Program-made: the position numbers and the translations under genes
Shown: positions 12,672 through 25,400 of the stretch, piece after piece
Layout of the letters: the number at the start of each line of letters is the position of its first letter
Position numbering within the stretch: the stretch's first letter is position 1
Notes under the pieces: generated by a model
Databases searched by the model: none
Told to the model about the DNA's origin: nothing
The model's input: only the letters and a program-made list of their open reading frames with translations
From: Podarcis tiliguerta
Lineage: Eukaryota
Reading direction: 5' to 3' (one strand)
Length of the DNA: 64,000 nucleotides
NCBI GenBank assembly: GCA_965153285.1
Contig: OZ229112.1

Positions 12672-12679
12672 AAAGTGCT
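12672..12679 (-). promoter_or_regulatory. miR-17/20/93/106 (GCACTTT) and miR-302-type (AGCACTT) seed site
   Basis: Plus-strand AAAGTGCT = minus-strand AGCACTTT. Confidence 0.5.
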
Positions 12680-12918
12680 CTTTCAGGCTAGGAGATTCCA
12701 CATCCTTATTTCTCAGCGTCTTTGCTTTTCATCACCATCATCGTCATCATCTAGTCAATGTATGCACCACTCTTCAGCATAATAAGAGGGGGGAAATCTC
12801 TTCCACACACAGTCAAAACATGACACCAACCTTCATCCTCATTCTAGGTCTTTGGGGTGCTGTTCAAAAGGGAGAAAGGGGAGTGGCAGTAGTCCAAAAT
12901 GTTCTCGAGGTTAATTCT

Positions 12919-13067
12919 TCACCGGCGCCCAGAAGTGATGTCAAAGCAGGTGATCATCATGAGGTGGCCCTTGCAATAGTTGACACGGTTCTCTAGTCGC
13001 TCAGTCACGCACTCAAGAGCCTCCAAGTACTCCAGGGAATCCAAGTCAAACACTTGCTCCAGATCAA
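12919..13067 (-). CDS. KIF26B: KIF26B terminal coding exon (exon 15 equivalent), coding part
   Basis: (F)[48 protein letters not shown], with TGA at 12921-12919. Acceptor tcctttcccacag| at 13069-13068. The phase matches the previous exon. Confidence 0.96.
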
Positions 13068-13467
13068 CTGTGGGAAAGGAAGCAAAAGGCCCAGCACATT
13101 ACCCAAATTGGTAGCACAAGCCCTACTTTGATGTTCTCTTTAAGGGCTCATTCACACAGGTGTGTGTATTACTCAAGGGACTGGATTCAAAGAACTGTGA
13201 AAGGAAAGAGTTTGGGCAAGAAACTGGCAATGCTATGACAGGTAGGTTCTATAGCAGGCCTCAGTGGAAGAACATTGTTAGATTTGTTTTAGCTGTCCTC
13301 ATACAATGCTCCTGAGTTCAGAAGTCACCATCTGCATGCAGAAAGGCAAGTGAACTTATGAACAGGCTCTGTTGAAAGTGCTCATAACAGGTAATATGAA
13401 ATTCCCTGCACCACATGATAAAGAGTAAGTATTTTATGGACCTTTCATAGCACATAAAAGACTTAAG

Positions 13468-13722
13468 GCCACAATCCTAAAGCCACATCATAAGAGATGT
13501 GGCAAAGAGGGCCTCCACCAGTGGGATGGTAGAGTGCCTGGTACATCCACAGGAAGCGCTGTACTGTCAGTGGTGCATTGTTAGTGGTAGGGCACATTGA
13601 CCCTCACCCCAAAGGGCAGAAACTACACCAGCCCTGGAGCTGGCATAGGGATTTTCATTCCCACTGATGTCAAATAGCATTTTCCTAATCGTGGGAGCTC
13701 ACCACCACTTTAGGATTGCGCA
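13468..13722. mobile_element. MITE with terminal inverted repeats in the last KIF26B intron
   Basis: CAATCCTAAAG (13472-13482) and CTTTAGGATTG (13708-13718) form a perfect 11-bp inverted repeat. Confidence 0.55.
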
Positions 13723-14445
13723 GTAATAGGTTGGCTGCAACACATGCTTTTGCGGATTAGAGCCCTCTTTTTTCAGGTGCCCAAAGTCCTATCCTTAGTG
13801 TTATTCTCTGCTCTAAGTAGCTAGCAGGAAAATACTTTTCCTTTATAGCTGAGGTACCCTCACCTATTAATTTAGCCAGCTTGGGCTGTATCTTTTATAC
13901 ATTTTGTTTGCTTCTTTAGAAGAATCCTTCCTAATTTGGATTCTTTAATCTCTTTATGAATGAGCTATATGAACTCTATCCTTTTCTAGCTATATGTAAA
14001 AGGAAAAAAACAAATTAATGTCTTACATAAGCCATTTCAACCAAATTTGCCTGAAAGTATTATTTCACAGCAGGAGAGCAGATTTAAAATATAATTCATA
14101 TGTCTGAGTGATCTGAGGGCAAAGGGGAGGGGGAGGGAAATCTCATTTTCAGAAGCTCTGGAGTGAGACGCATAAGCGTTAATCTAGTGATGGCAATATT
14201 CCTCACTAGAATGCTGCATAATTCCTGGCTTTGACTCTTGAGCAAATAGGCCCACTTGGTTCCAATGTCACAGTTTAATAGGAATTATGCAGGAACAGTT
14301 TTAGAAATGCAGTCCACCCAAATCTGCTCCAGGTCAAACATCAGCACAGGCTTTGCTTATAAACATAGGAGTTCATGACTTAGCTACAGCGCCACTCAAG
14401 TTTTGTGTCAATAAAATAAACCAACTATAGGCAGTAAAACCTTAC

Positions 14446-14596
14446 ATTCACTGAGCCATTTATTAGGATCCAGCATCAGGTACTGTTTGGTCACTTCCAG
14501 CTCCCTCATTAACCACTCGTACTTGGCCTTGACCTCTGCAATTCGCTGCTGCCGGTGCTCCAAGATTTTCAGTTTAGCGTTGAAGCAAATCACTTC
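14446..14596 (-). CDS. KIF26B: KIF26B coding exon (exon 14 equivalent), C-terminal coiled coil
   Basis: [50 protein letters not shown] plus 1 nt. Acceptor gagcag| (14598-14597), donor |gtaagg (14445-14444). 151 nt. Confidence 0.96.
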
Positions 14597-15397
14597 CTGC
14601 TCAATAAGAAAAATGAAGGGGAGAGTCAAGGGAGGGGTGTGTGAAATAAAGGCCAGATTAGATCTTCCCCAGCCAAATTAACCTTAATTTGGTAGCCACA
14701 ATCACAGAAACTCAGGAAATGAAGCAAAAAATTAAAGAAGCAGGCCTTTGACAATGAAGGGTTCATTGGTTATTGTGGTCTTTTCAACGGCAGATGACTT
14801 GTTAAAATATATTATTCAAATACATTGTACTCCGCAATACATTTCATTAGATGCTCTGGTTGTTATGTCACTGCAAAAAGATGATTGCTTTAGAAAAAGT
14901 GGAAAAACTCAATTTTGAGGCTACAACTCAGAGGGGCTGAGCTAGAAGTTAGACTTTCCTAACCCCTTATTTCTTTCACAGAAGTAATATAGGCATTTTT
15001 AGGAATATTCAGTGGGTATGACAAATGTACTCAGCCAATCAAACATCACCTCTTCTTCCTTGCAAACATACCACCTGATCAGTGTTTTGTCATGGCTGGT
15101 ATTTAAAACCAGAAATGAACTAATGGGGGAGAAAACAGCCCAGGGAGAGGTGAGGGTGTTTATGCAAGGGAACAACAGAGATGCCTTATGTACCTTTTCC
15201 TCCTGCTGACCAATCCTCCTTGTAAGTATCTGCTTTCATAATCCTATTATCTTAGATGTGGGGTTGGGACCATCCATGTTTACTTCTGCTGTGAAACCTC
15301 TTACTTCTGAATGCGCCTATTGAGTAAATGCTGTACTACAAGGTAAGAGATCTTGCTGCAAGATCCACAATTTTTTTTATATATAAACTGCCTGTAG

Positions 15398-15490
15398 AGC
15401 AGGAATAGCCAATGTGGTGCCCTCCAGATGTTCTTGTACTCAGTTCCATCATCCTTGGCCAATGGCCATGCTATTTGGGGGCTGGTGAAC
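15398..15490. mobile_element. Palindromic lizard MITE (hAT-like) fragment
   Basis: tggtgccctccagatgtt...cagttccatcatcc...; same family as 26285-26417, 30325-30465 and 46040-46150. Confidence 0.55.
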
Positions 15491-16140
15491 ATTTGATTCA
15501 GAGGGTATTATTGCTGGCCACCCTTGGTGTAGAGTTAGGGCCATGTGTGTGCTTTGACACTCCTGGCTCTAAAGAATGGAAACCCAGCAGCTCAGCCTTT
15601 GGCCTACACAGCTGGCCATCTCTTCAATGGTTTGAATTGCCCGGGACATTCACAGTTCTCAGACCAGAGACTTCTCATGCATACCTTTGTGCAGAGCTCT
15701 CCTCTCTGCAAAGGTATTCAATTCTCCTCAGTGGGAGTCACAGCTGTATGCATATATGAATCTGCACATGGGGCTATTTGCTCTGAGAAGAGAAGTGAAC
15801 TGGAGCACGAGGAAGCTCTCTGTGTACAGAAGTATACATGGATATGTGGTCTGGAGACCTCAAATTTCATCTAGGATTGTAGTTGCTGTGCGAATGCCAG
15901 AATTATTGGATTCTTGTATAGATTCTCTTTTGGAGGTGTGAATTTGGCCAGGTATTCCATCTCTGTGAGAATTACATTTCTGTCTATTCTGTTGGGTTTA
16001 TTCATTTGCTTCAACCACCCCACCCCCCCACCCCAAGGGAATTGTGGGACAGAAACCCACATATATGATGAACAAGTTATGGTAAGATTGAATCAACATC
16101 TTCAGAGTTAAAGATCAGAAATAAATTAGGAATGCCTCAC

Positions 16141-16340
16141 ATTGTTGTCCCCCATGCGCCGTCGTTGGAGCCGCTCCACATCATCAATCTCATAGACTTT
16201 GATCTCAAAGGGCTCCCCCATTCCTCTCTGGGAACTTCTCAGAGGTCCATCTACCCAGCGTACTGCTGGGCTGGTAGGTTTCCTTATAGGAGATGTTGTG
16301 TCAAGCGATAAAGCTGGGATGAGTCTCCGTCTCTGAGAAC
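16141..16340 (-). CDS. KIF26B: KIF26B coding exon (exon 13 equivalent)
   Basis: Not in the ORF track; translated by hand as (G)[66 protein letters not shown]. Acceptor gattag| (16342-16341), donor |gtgagg (16140-16139). 200 nt, phase 1 to phase 0. Confidence 0.95.
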
Positions 16341-18416
16341 CTAATCAAGGTCACAGTTATAAGGTTTTGTTATCAAAGGACAAAACTCTGATTCTTCTCT
16401 TCAAACAAGAGTTTACAACATGCAAGGAAACAAGACTGAGGAATGCTGCCTCTTAGCTCTGAACATTACCATCAAATATACAATAATGCTGCAGTCCACA
16501 AGTGCTGACATATCTGTAATGTATCACTAAATTTATTTCTTGCAAAATTCTGGTGTTGTTTAGCACAGCATAATCTCGCTTAGCATCCAGTCAGGATCCT
16601 TCTCTGGTCTGAGCAATGAGCTGCTTGCCTTTACCTTGCCCCACTCTCAACAGCTCAGGAACTGGGTCTGATAATTAAGAGTGAAGAAATCTTCAGAGTA
16701 TACATGATTCTCACAAAGAGACACGATGGGACAGAAGGGAGGTGAGGAACTGCCTCAGGTAGCAAAATGTCTTGAGCCAATCATGGGTGGGCAGAGCTGA
16801 AAGGGAAGCAAACCTAGCAGGTGCAGATCCCATCTCTCCCTCCACATTCAATGCTTTGATAAACCCATACAGACCTAAATATGTTTAACCTAGCACCACT
16901 CATGGTGCACTAGAACTGCTCTTGTGGCATCTCAGATTGACTTACAGTCATAAACCACTAGCAGAAAGAGAACTATAATCTTTTGACAGATTGTTCCTTT
17001 TTTAAAAAAGTAGCATTTTTCACTGCATTTACCAAACAAGAGAACAACACCCTTTCACAATATTGTCCACCATACAAATCTCCACATCATTCCACCTGGA
17101 GTTAAGGCCAGAATTCACTTTGCTACTGCTTTTTAAATGTGTCTGCTCGTATCAGGGGACTTTTGTTTTTCCTATTGATCATTTTGTCCAATACACTCAG
17201 GAACTGCTAGCCTTAGAATGACATGAAGGTTTTTCTCAGGAAGGGAAGAATAGGAAGATGGCTAGCTAAGACTGGTGGAGGGGGACAGGTCCAACCCACT
17301 TCTCCTCACAAAAGATCCACCCATTTCTATTATCTCCTCTTCTGGAAACAGATTCATATTTCACCTCCTGCTAAAGATCCAGTATTTTGCCTCTGTGAGC
17401 TTGACTGACCAGAATCCTGTGTTTGTGCTATTTGGATCCTCAAATTTTGAACTACATTTGCAACTCCTCATTCGTGTTGCTGTAAACAATGAACAACAAT
17501 GTGCGGGGAAATGAGAAAAAGCATTCCTCTCCTACCTGTAGAACAACAAGCAGAGAAACAATTCTCTCTTACTTGCAGAGAAGGTGATTTGAAACTTAAT
17601 CTATTTTAAATAGGCATTGATTAATGAGCTGGTTATTAGTCTGGATACAGAAGGTATAGGGTGACTTAAGAGGAATTCCTGCTGTCCCAGAGTCCCTCTA
17701 TTTAATCTCTGTGGTTTATCTGATTTCACTTGAGATGGGTTGTGTAAGAAAATATATCTATACAGTAGTGTTTTATGGTGAGTGCCACCAAGGTTTCATG
17801 ATACCACAGAAAGGAAAGACTTAACTGGTTCAGACAGCAAATGCACATACTTTATAGTGCTGAGCATGAACCAAATATGCTTCTATATCTATATAAAACA
17901 CACAGTGGACATCTGCTCTACAGCAAGCAGAGAGCAATGGGAGTTTTGGCAAGGTTATTGTCCATCTGTCTGTCTATCTATACACATATGCGCTTCCCAG
18001 CAAAACTCACCCTTATATCTCTATTTCTTTTGCAAACTGAAAATGAGTGAATCCCTCTTTATACAGTCTAACTGAATCAACTGCCAATCTCAGAAGGACA
18101 ATTTTATTTTATCATGCTGTTAAGAACAGCATGCATTGCACCTGTTTCCGAGAGGATCAAGTAATTTATTTTTTAAGGTTCAGATGCATTGGTTGTGAAA
18201 AGTCTAGTAAGACAAGAAACCTGGGCAACTTTAAAACAGCAATGGACAATATGTGAGAATATTCAGTTACCCCACAGGGGTAATGCCACAGCTATGGCTC
18301 AGCTATAGGGTGCAAACTACATGACCACAACAAAAAGTTACAATAAAAAGACAAGGAAGGGGTTGGATATGCAACCACGTTGTATAAGATTATGCATGGT
18401 AAGTTGAAAGTAGATA

Positions 18417-18642
18417 CAGTGGTACCTCGGGTTACAAACACTTCAGGTTACAGACTCCACTAACCTGGAAGTAGTACCTTGGGTTAAGAACTTTACCTCA
18501 GGATGAGAACAGAATTTATGCAGTGCTGGCGCGGCGGCAGTGGGAGGCCCCATTAGCTAAAGTGGTACCTGAGGTTAAGAATGGTTTCAGGTTAAGAACA
18601 GACCTCCAGAACGAATTAAGTTTGTAACCAGAGCTACCACTG
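18417..18642. mobile_element. Tc1/mariner (pogo/Tigger-like) MITE with TA target-site duplication
   Basis: TA|CAGTGGTACCTCGGGTTAC ... GTAACCAGAGCTACCACTG|TA; TA at 18415-16 and 18643-44. Confidence 0.88.
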
Positions 18643-18784
18643 TAGAAGTTTTTTCTCCCTTTCTTATAATACTTGGAGTCATCCAACACTGAACTACTAA
18701 GAACACACAAAAGGAAGTACTTCTTTTTAAAATGATTAAAAGGCATATTAATGGTGAACAGGACTATCAATGGCTCCAATCCAC

Positions 18785-18945
18785 TGGTAGAGGCAGCGTG
18801 CCTTTGAATTCCAGTCGCTAGGAATGACAAGAGGGGAGAGCGCTGTTGCACCCAAGTTCTGCTTGTAGGATTCCCATAGGCATCTGAACAGGATGCTGAA
18901 ATAGATGGGCCATTGGCCTGATCCAGCAGGCTCTTCTTATGTGTC
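18785..18945 (+). mobile_element. Older CR1-clade 3' fragment
   Basis: aacaggatgctgaaatagatgggccattggcctgatccagcaggctcttcttatgt is the reverse complement of the family at 23291. Confidence 0.6.
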
Positions 18946-21697
18946 TCATAAAAAACAAACATCCATCTTTGATTCTGTTTTCTAGTATTTCTACCTTATG
19001 ACCCATCCTGATGCCTTTTTCTATGGGCGAAGGTAACTGTCAACAACCATAGTCATGAATTGGTTCCAAACCTTCCCTCATAAAAGGGGAGTGGAGTAAT
19101 TTGATTCTACCCTGAAAGAGTCAGAATCATATTGCAACAGGTTATGGTACAGCATTTAAAGCCCTGCTACATGAATAAGAATATCTGGGTGCCGACCTTG
19201 ATTTGAGCTTGGTAACATGGCTGATAGTTGAAGTCCTTGTAGGGGCAGACAGGATAGCAACAGCCAGTAAATAAATGTGATAATCATAAGGAATTGGTGA
19301 AAAGTGTAAGATTAGAATAACATGGCCATATTCCCATACATATATTTATATGCATGGCAAGTCATTTTCTAATTAATCAAGGGGACTCAAGATATGGAGT
19401 CATGGAATCGTGAGACAAACAGCATATGACAGCTAAAAGCAGATAAGAATTTACAACATGAGGTGCAAACCAGGGCATATAGGAACAGGCTTGGGCAAGA
19501 GTTTTAAATAGAAAGTTGATGCACAGAAGGGTGTTTTGTTTTGTTTTTTGTAAGAACAGTGTGGCAAATGTCTAAATGAGGAATCTAAGGGTGGGACACA
19601 GTGTACTGTGTTAGGGGTCCAGATTTGCTGATCAGAATGGAACAGCAAGACAAGTAACTGGGTGTGAGTTTATCACCAAACAGCAAAGATCTGGAGAGCC
19701 AATTGGAAAGAGTCACCCAAAGTGGGATGGAGACAGAGAAAGAGGATAAAAGGCTATGATCAGATAGATACAAGAGTGTGGAAAGTATTTGTATGTGTTG
19801 ACCATTTTCTGTTATTTTTTACTTGCTCTCTATTCTGTTATCAGACTCCAATGAACTCCAGGTTTGCATCTGCAAGCAGGATAGTAGCATCCCTGTTAGG
19901 GACGGCTGGAGTATCTCATGAAATAAAACTTTTACAATATGACTATTTCCTCCTAGACTGACCAATAATGTGGACAATTCTTTTATTGTTCATGTATTCA
20001 GTGTGACATAATTGCATTATTTGAGACTAGGGAGGCAGCACTGAACATCATTTCACATGGGGGAAACTGAGTAAAATCTCCATAAAAAAACCCCTACATT
20101 TTTATCTGCCATTATTTTATCAGTTGTTTAATTGTACCAAGCAATGCTTTCCGCCATCACCCCCAACCTCTCCCACAACCGCCCTGTGTTCCCTGGCCTA
20201 GCATCATTAGTTTTGAGGCAGATCATTTAGAGTCTGTAAATGAGCACTACTGGTGCAATGTCAGGAGGCATTCCCTCATTGAGCATGGCAGATTAACAAG
20301 TAATTTGGGAGAAGTCCCAGAGAAGATGTAGGTCACAGCAGACAGTGTCCAACAGCTACACATCTCTAGCCAGCCATTGAATAGCAACACGCCTCCTCAC
20401 CCCCATGCTTATCTTCACTGGGGCTGGATTTCAACACACTATGCCAGTTGTCTAATGCTATTGTGTATGGAGATGATTCTGAGCTGGTTATTGTCCAAGG
20501 CATGCCTTAAAAAAAAAATGAATTAGCTCAGTCCCTTTCCCAGCTTTCCTGAAAGAGAAGGGGTAAGGTCCAGACAAGCTGGTGGCAATTGTGTTCCTGT
20601 AAGCGAATTCCTAGCCAGCCAAGTTAGCAGGTTTTATTTACAAGTAGTCTAATGGTGTCCAACTCAATCATGCATGTTCCACAGAGCCTTCAACATGCAC
20701 AATAGCCCACTGCTACTTCCTCTATTAAATCATTCCTATATTCATGCGGTCGAAAGCTCAGCGCCAGCACGTGGTAGTCAAGCGTGTAAAAAATGATTAC
20801 TCGGATCCCTTTCAACACAGATTTGCTGCATGAAATGGCCTGGCTGTGACCTGGGAAAATCAATGCTGTTGTTTTTAATGAACAAAAAAAAATTGTGATT
20901 GGGGCCCATTTCACCATCTCTGCTTTCCAGTCAGCAGTTAAGTGTTTAAGAGGGTCACCAAACACACACACAGCAGCTCCTTTTGCTACTGTGAACATCA
21001 CCAATAAGATTAAGAAATAACTTTTATGTATGAATTGCCATCACTGTTGCCATCATCAAAGCAAGTATGTGAGATGCTGCTTTGAAATGTGACTAAGTTT
21101 CTCTTGAACCAAACACTGCAACGGCAATCCAACACAAGAGTTTAGTGTGTGTAGCCACACTTCAGTCTCTGGTGCCGTGCAGCTCATCTGAAACTGGGAG
21201 TTAATTCTGGCACATTGGGATGCAAAGAGAAATGATCTGCTTGTTTGTTTCTTCGTTTTTGACAGCATGTTTTCTTACGGCATATTTTTTGGCATTAGAA
21301 CTAAAGGTCTTTAGTGTTTCACAGTTTCTGTTAAGATAATGTTGGAGGAGAAAGTTTTTTCCTGTGCAATGTGTGGAACTTCTTTGAGTTTTTCATTTCA
21401 ATTTTATATTTACATCTGCATAAGTATGTGTGCATTTGATATTCCATTATTAAAATGCACAAGGCAGGGAGGTGGAATTGGAAGGAATCAAAAGACCTCT
21501 TGGTCCAACCCTGCCTACCTTCCCCTTTCCGCACCTCATTGCAAGGCTGAATAGTCTGTGTTTCAGCTGCACCGGTCATGCAATCCAGATCATAGTATTG
21601 TGCAAGCATTGCAGTCAGGTGGATGGTGGAGACTCCAAATATGACACTTCTTAGTCCGCTTGTAGTAACTCATTATCAAGAAGCAACAGATGAAACG

Positions 21698-21858
21698 GAA
21701 GGCAGCCCTGTTTAGGGAAGTTTTTAACGACTGATGTTTTAATGTATTTTTAATCTTTTGTTGGAAGCCGCCCAGAGTGGCTGGGGAAACAGAGCCAGAT
21801 GGGTGGGGTATAAATTACTATTATTATTATTACTACTACTACTACTACTACTACTATT
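21698..21858 (+). mobile_element. L2-clade LINE 3' end with (TAT)n(TAC)n tail
   Basis: gaaggcagccctgtttagggaagtttt...ttggaagccgcccagagtggctggggaaac...gggtataaat, then a microsatellite. Confidence 0.78.
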
Positions 21859-22679
21859 AAAGTTTGGGTGGAATGGATCTTTTCAAATTGGGGTGGATGG
21901 CAACACTGAAAGACAACAGCAACAAAACACATTTGTTAGTATAACTATCTCCGTGTTCTATGCATAACTATTTTAGAAATTATTTTGTTGCTTCCAGTGA
22001 CCCTGATATTGAGAGATTCCAGCTTTCTCAGAAGATGCAATATCTCCCCCTACATTCATTCTCAGATAAACCTGGATTGGTATTACAACTTATTTTCAAA
22101 TAACCATTTTTGAATTTGAATCCTCTGTTCTTACAAATGACACCATTAATTAAAAGAGCTTAAAACCAAGATGGAGGTGGAGACTAACAATCTAACTACT
22201 GGCATTTTTAGTCTTTTTCTCTTGTGGCATTCAGCAATTGCCTTGCCAAGGAAACTCGGTATGAATTGCAATATTTAAAAAAGCTACACCATTCATAAAA
22301 TGTTTTAACGTGGAAGGAATCATAAAGGTTCCTATGTAAAGCAAAGTGAAAAAGAAAAGTATCTGACACTGTCCTAAAACACTCAACACTGTTGGGCAAC
22401 AGATGTGAGCACCATGGGCCCTACACCTGCATTATTAAATATTAGGAAATGTTGCTTAGCACTTATTCCAATAGTGAACATACGTAATGAGCACTACCAG
22501 AATTGTAGTCACAACAGAGGTACAACATAAGTACAAAAATGGTTTTAAAAGCCTAAAGCTACAATCCCTGAAGTGTGGGAAGCGGGGGGGGGGGGGGAGA
22601 TTATAAAGGTGCTGTCTGCTGGGCTCTCAGTGGCAGGCAAGGGGGGGGGAATAAATTCAGATTGCATTTAAAGGCTAAC

Positions 22680-23036
22680 TTACCAATTCTACACTTTCTG
22701 AAACCGCATGTGAACAAAAACACAGCTATGCTTTGAAATTAGCACTGATCTGAATTTTTCAAAGCAGTTACCCACTAATTTGTACAAAAATGCATACACT
22801 ATAGTACACATATTAGTAAAAATGGCTTACAAGATCCATTATGTTGTGTATTTGTGTATTTGGCAAAACTGCATATAAAAATGTGTATAGTAAGAGAAAT
22901 TAGCAGCAAAACGCTGATGAATTTTTAGATGACTTTTTAAAAAAATTTTTTAAAAATGATGTAGAAATGTGCAGAACTATGACTGGAAAAATTAGATACA
23001 GAGAGAAACAAAAATTAACATATTTGCCCATCCCTA
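22680..23036 (-). mobile_element. Degraded interspersed repeat, inverted homolog of 2309-2725
   Basis: Ends in tttgcccatcccta and shares internal blocks with 2309-2725. Confidence 0.55.
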
Positions 23037-23290
23037 CTGGTAAGGCAGAACCAAGGGTGGTGTTCTTCTGTCAATTTCTGGTCTCAATTTACCTCCATCC
23101 TATTTCCACTGAAAACAACAGAAGGCAAAGGGAAGGGAGAGGTTTAGACACTCATAGAAGAGTAAAATTGGAAGGGACCCAAGAGTCAGCTGGTCCAACC
23201 TATTGCAAGGCAAAAATATCTCTAATTTTTCTTCTGATTTTTTTTTCTTTTTGGGGATGTGCAAGAGGACCGGGAGGGTTTAGGATTCTT

Positions 23291-23432
23291 TAAGAACGTA
23301 AGAACAGCTTTCTGGATTAGGCCAGTAGCCCATCCAGTCCAACATCCTGTTCTCACAGTGACCAACCAGATGCCTGTGGGAAGCCATAAGCGGAACATGA
23401 GTGTAACAGGCCTCTCTCCAGCTGTGGTATTG
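23291..23432 (-). mobile_element. Older CR1-clade 3' fragment
   Basis: taagaacgtaagaacagc...ccatccagtccaacatcctgttctcacagtgaccaaccagatgcctgtgggaagcc. Confidence 0.62.
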
Positions 23433-24814
23433 AACATCCCACACCCAACACGCTCCCCTTTGGGCACCACATAGGCCAGCTCTTTGGGAGGAGCTGCCCT
23501 TGTCAAGAGAGGTAAGGTCTGACCAATGAAGAATGCACATGCACTAAGGAGCTGCAGAATGTGGAGCAATCGTTGGAAAAGAAAGAGGAAGAGGAAGAAG
23601 CCTGAAATGCCCTGCTTGGAGGAAATGGCTGGCCGGAATTCTGTACAGAAGCCTCCCTTTTAGGAGGGCAGATGCACTCCAACACTTTGTTGCAGGTTCC
23701 ACTTGTCTGGCTTAATTTCATTTCCCGAGCCCTCTTCTGCTTTCTATGAGCCACACTGAATTGAACAGGTCTCTCTTTCTAAGAATATGGTCTTTGCTGC
23801 TATGTGACATGCAAGATCAGCTGAGGCCATGTTAAGCCCTACTAACCAAATCTCAGGAACCAATAGCTAGATTTTCTCTCCCAAAGCAGCCAACCATATA
23901 AGCTATTATATGCTCCAATATCCCTGTGCTTGATCTCCCTTCCAAGTGCTCCAGCCCAGCCCTTGCCAGCAGGCAGGCAGCCAGGAGCAAATTACATTGG
24001 GGCCCTTTGTCCATCGGTAACAAGCTGCTCTCTAAAAGATTGACCATGAAGCCCCATTCTTTAAAAAGATAAAAAAGAAAAAATACCCAGCCATGCTGAT
24101 TCTGCTGTATTGAGCTCTGTCTTGTGTACTTTGCACATTTTCAGTTCCGAGCTTGTTGCTTTACTGAAAAGCAAAAGCCTTAAAAATGAAAGTGCGCACA
24201 GGCAATTTTCAAACCTATGCAGCCACATGCTCCTAATGAAGGGAAATGGATTCTCCCTTGAACCAGTATTACAGTCAATAATTAGTCATAGTTTCAGGCA
24301 GACCCAAGAACCCTTTGATCTAGCTAACTATATATAAAAAGGGACATGAGCCTGTTTTATACAAACCAAATAAAAGTTGCAGGGAGGGGAGTCGCCTAAG
24401 GAAGAGCTTCCTTAGAAAACCTCATCCTGTTGCAAATGATACCCAGTCTGTGCTCAAGGGCTTGCTATGGATTAGAAACGCCACAGGGGGACAAGAACTG
24501 GAAGCCGATAAATAGCATGTATGAAAAAGCCAATGCATCTGTGAAGATTGTTTGAGAGCTTAAGTGTATGTCTGAGAGCCTGTTGTATAATGTAAATCTA
24601 ATCACAGGTTCGCCTTCTGTGGCCTTCTTATATTCTTTAGCTTCCAAAGACTCATGAGCTCATAGCATTGCACCTGGGGAAAAATGGATATTCAGACTAA
24701 GGCTACAATCCTATGTACACTCCCTAGGTCTTAGTCACACTGAACTTTTGAAGAGCGATGAACAGAATTGCATTGCAAGAGAGTCAAATTCACCTCTGAA
24801 AGAGCATTGTAATA

Positions 24815-25020
24815 CATTGGACCCTCGAGTTATGTACCGCTCTGGATACGTAACTTTTGGGTTGCGAACGCGGCAAACCCGGAAGTTTTGCCGCACGTGC
24901 ATGTGCAGAAGAGCCCTGTGCACTGCATGCATGCAAAGAAGCGGCGACTCCAGTTACGGACTTTTCAGGTTAAGTACGGACCCCTGGAATGAATTTTATT
25001 TGTATCTGGAGGGTCCACTG
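24815..25020. mobile_element. Tc1/mariner (Tigger-like) MITE with TA TSD, second subfamily
   Basis: TA|CATTGGACCCTC ... GAGGGTCCACTG|TA; the 3' half (ttcaggttaag..cggacc..ggaa.gaatt) resembles 18417-18642. Confidence 0.85.
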
Positions 25021-25400
25021 TAGCTCATTCTCATGCCCGTTTGGATTGGCTACGATTTAAAAATGAACACGATATTTAAAACTATTACCTAACCGCCAAT
25101 GACCTAACAACACATGATATTAACATATTTAGCTATCATGTCATTTTTTAAAAAAAGAGATGGTGTGTGAGAGAGGGCTGCCTTTACCTTGGCAGCAGCA
25201 AAAACAGTTCTGAAGTGAGGGAATCAGACCCTCAGATGCCTAAGTGCCCATTAGCCCCACCCTGGTGGAATAATCTGACTGTGGATGATCACTCTCAATG
25301 TGTTGTTATCAATTTTCAATTGGTTATGAATTACATTTGTATGAATGTGGTTATTATTAGACGTTATTAGAAATTATTATTTTTTTAAAAAATGGTAGAA

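Larger units (their letters stand above)
12270..12918 (-). other. KIF26B: KIF26B proximal 3' UTR
   Basis: Follows the stop codon, is repeat-free and U-rich on the minus strand, carries several miRNA seed matches and has AATAAA at 12298-12293. The 3' end is approximate. Confidence 0.7.

Noticed and set aside
22584-22650. Poly-G runs (also 60422-60436) as functional G-quadruplexes
   Set aside because: Simple homopolymers are common in lizard genomes and nothing in the context supports function.
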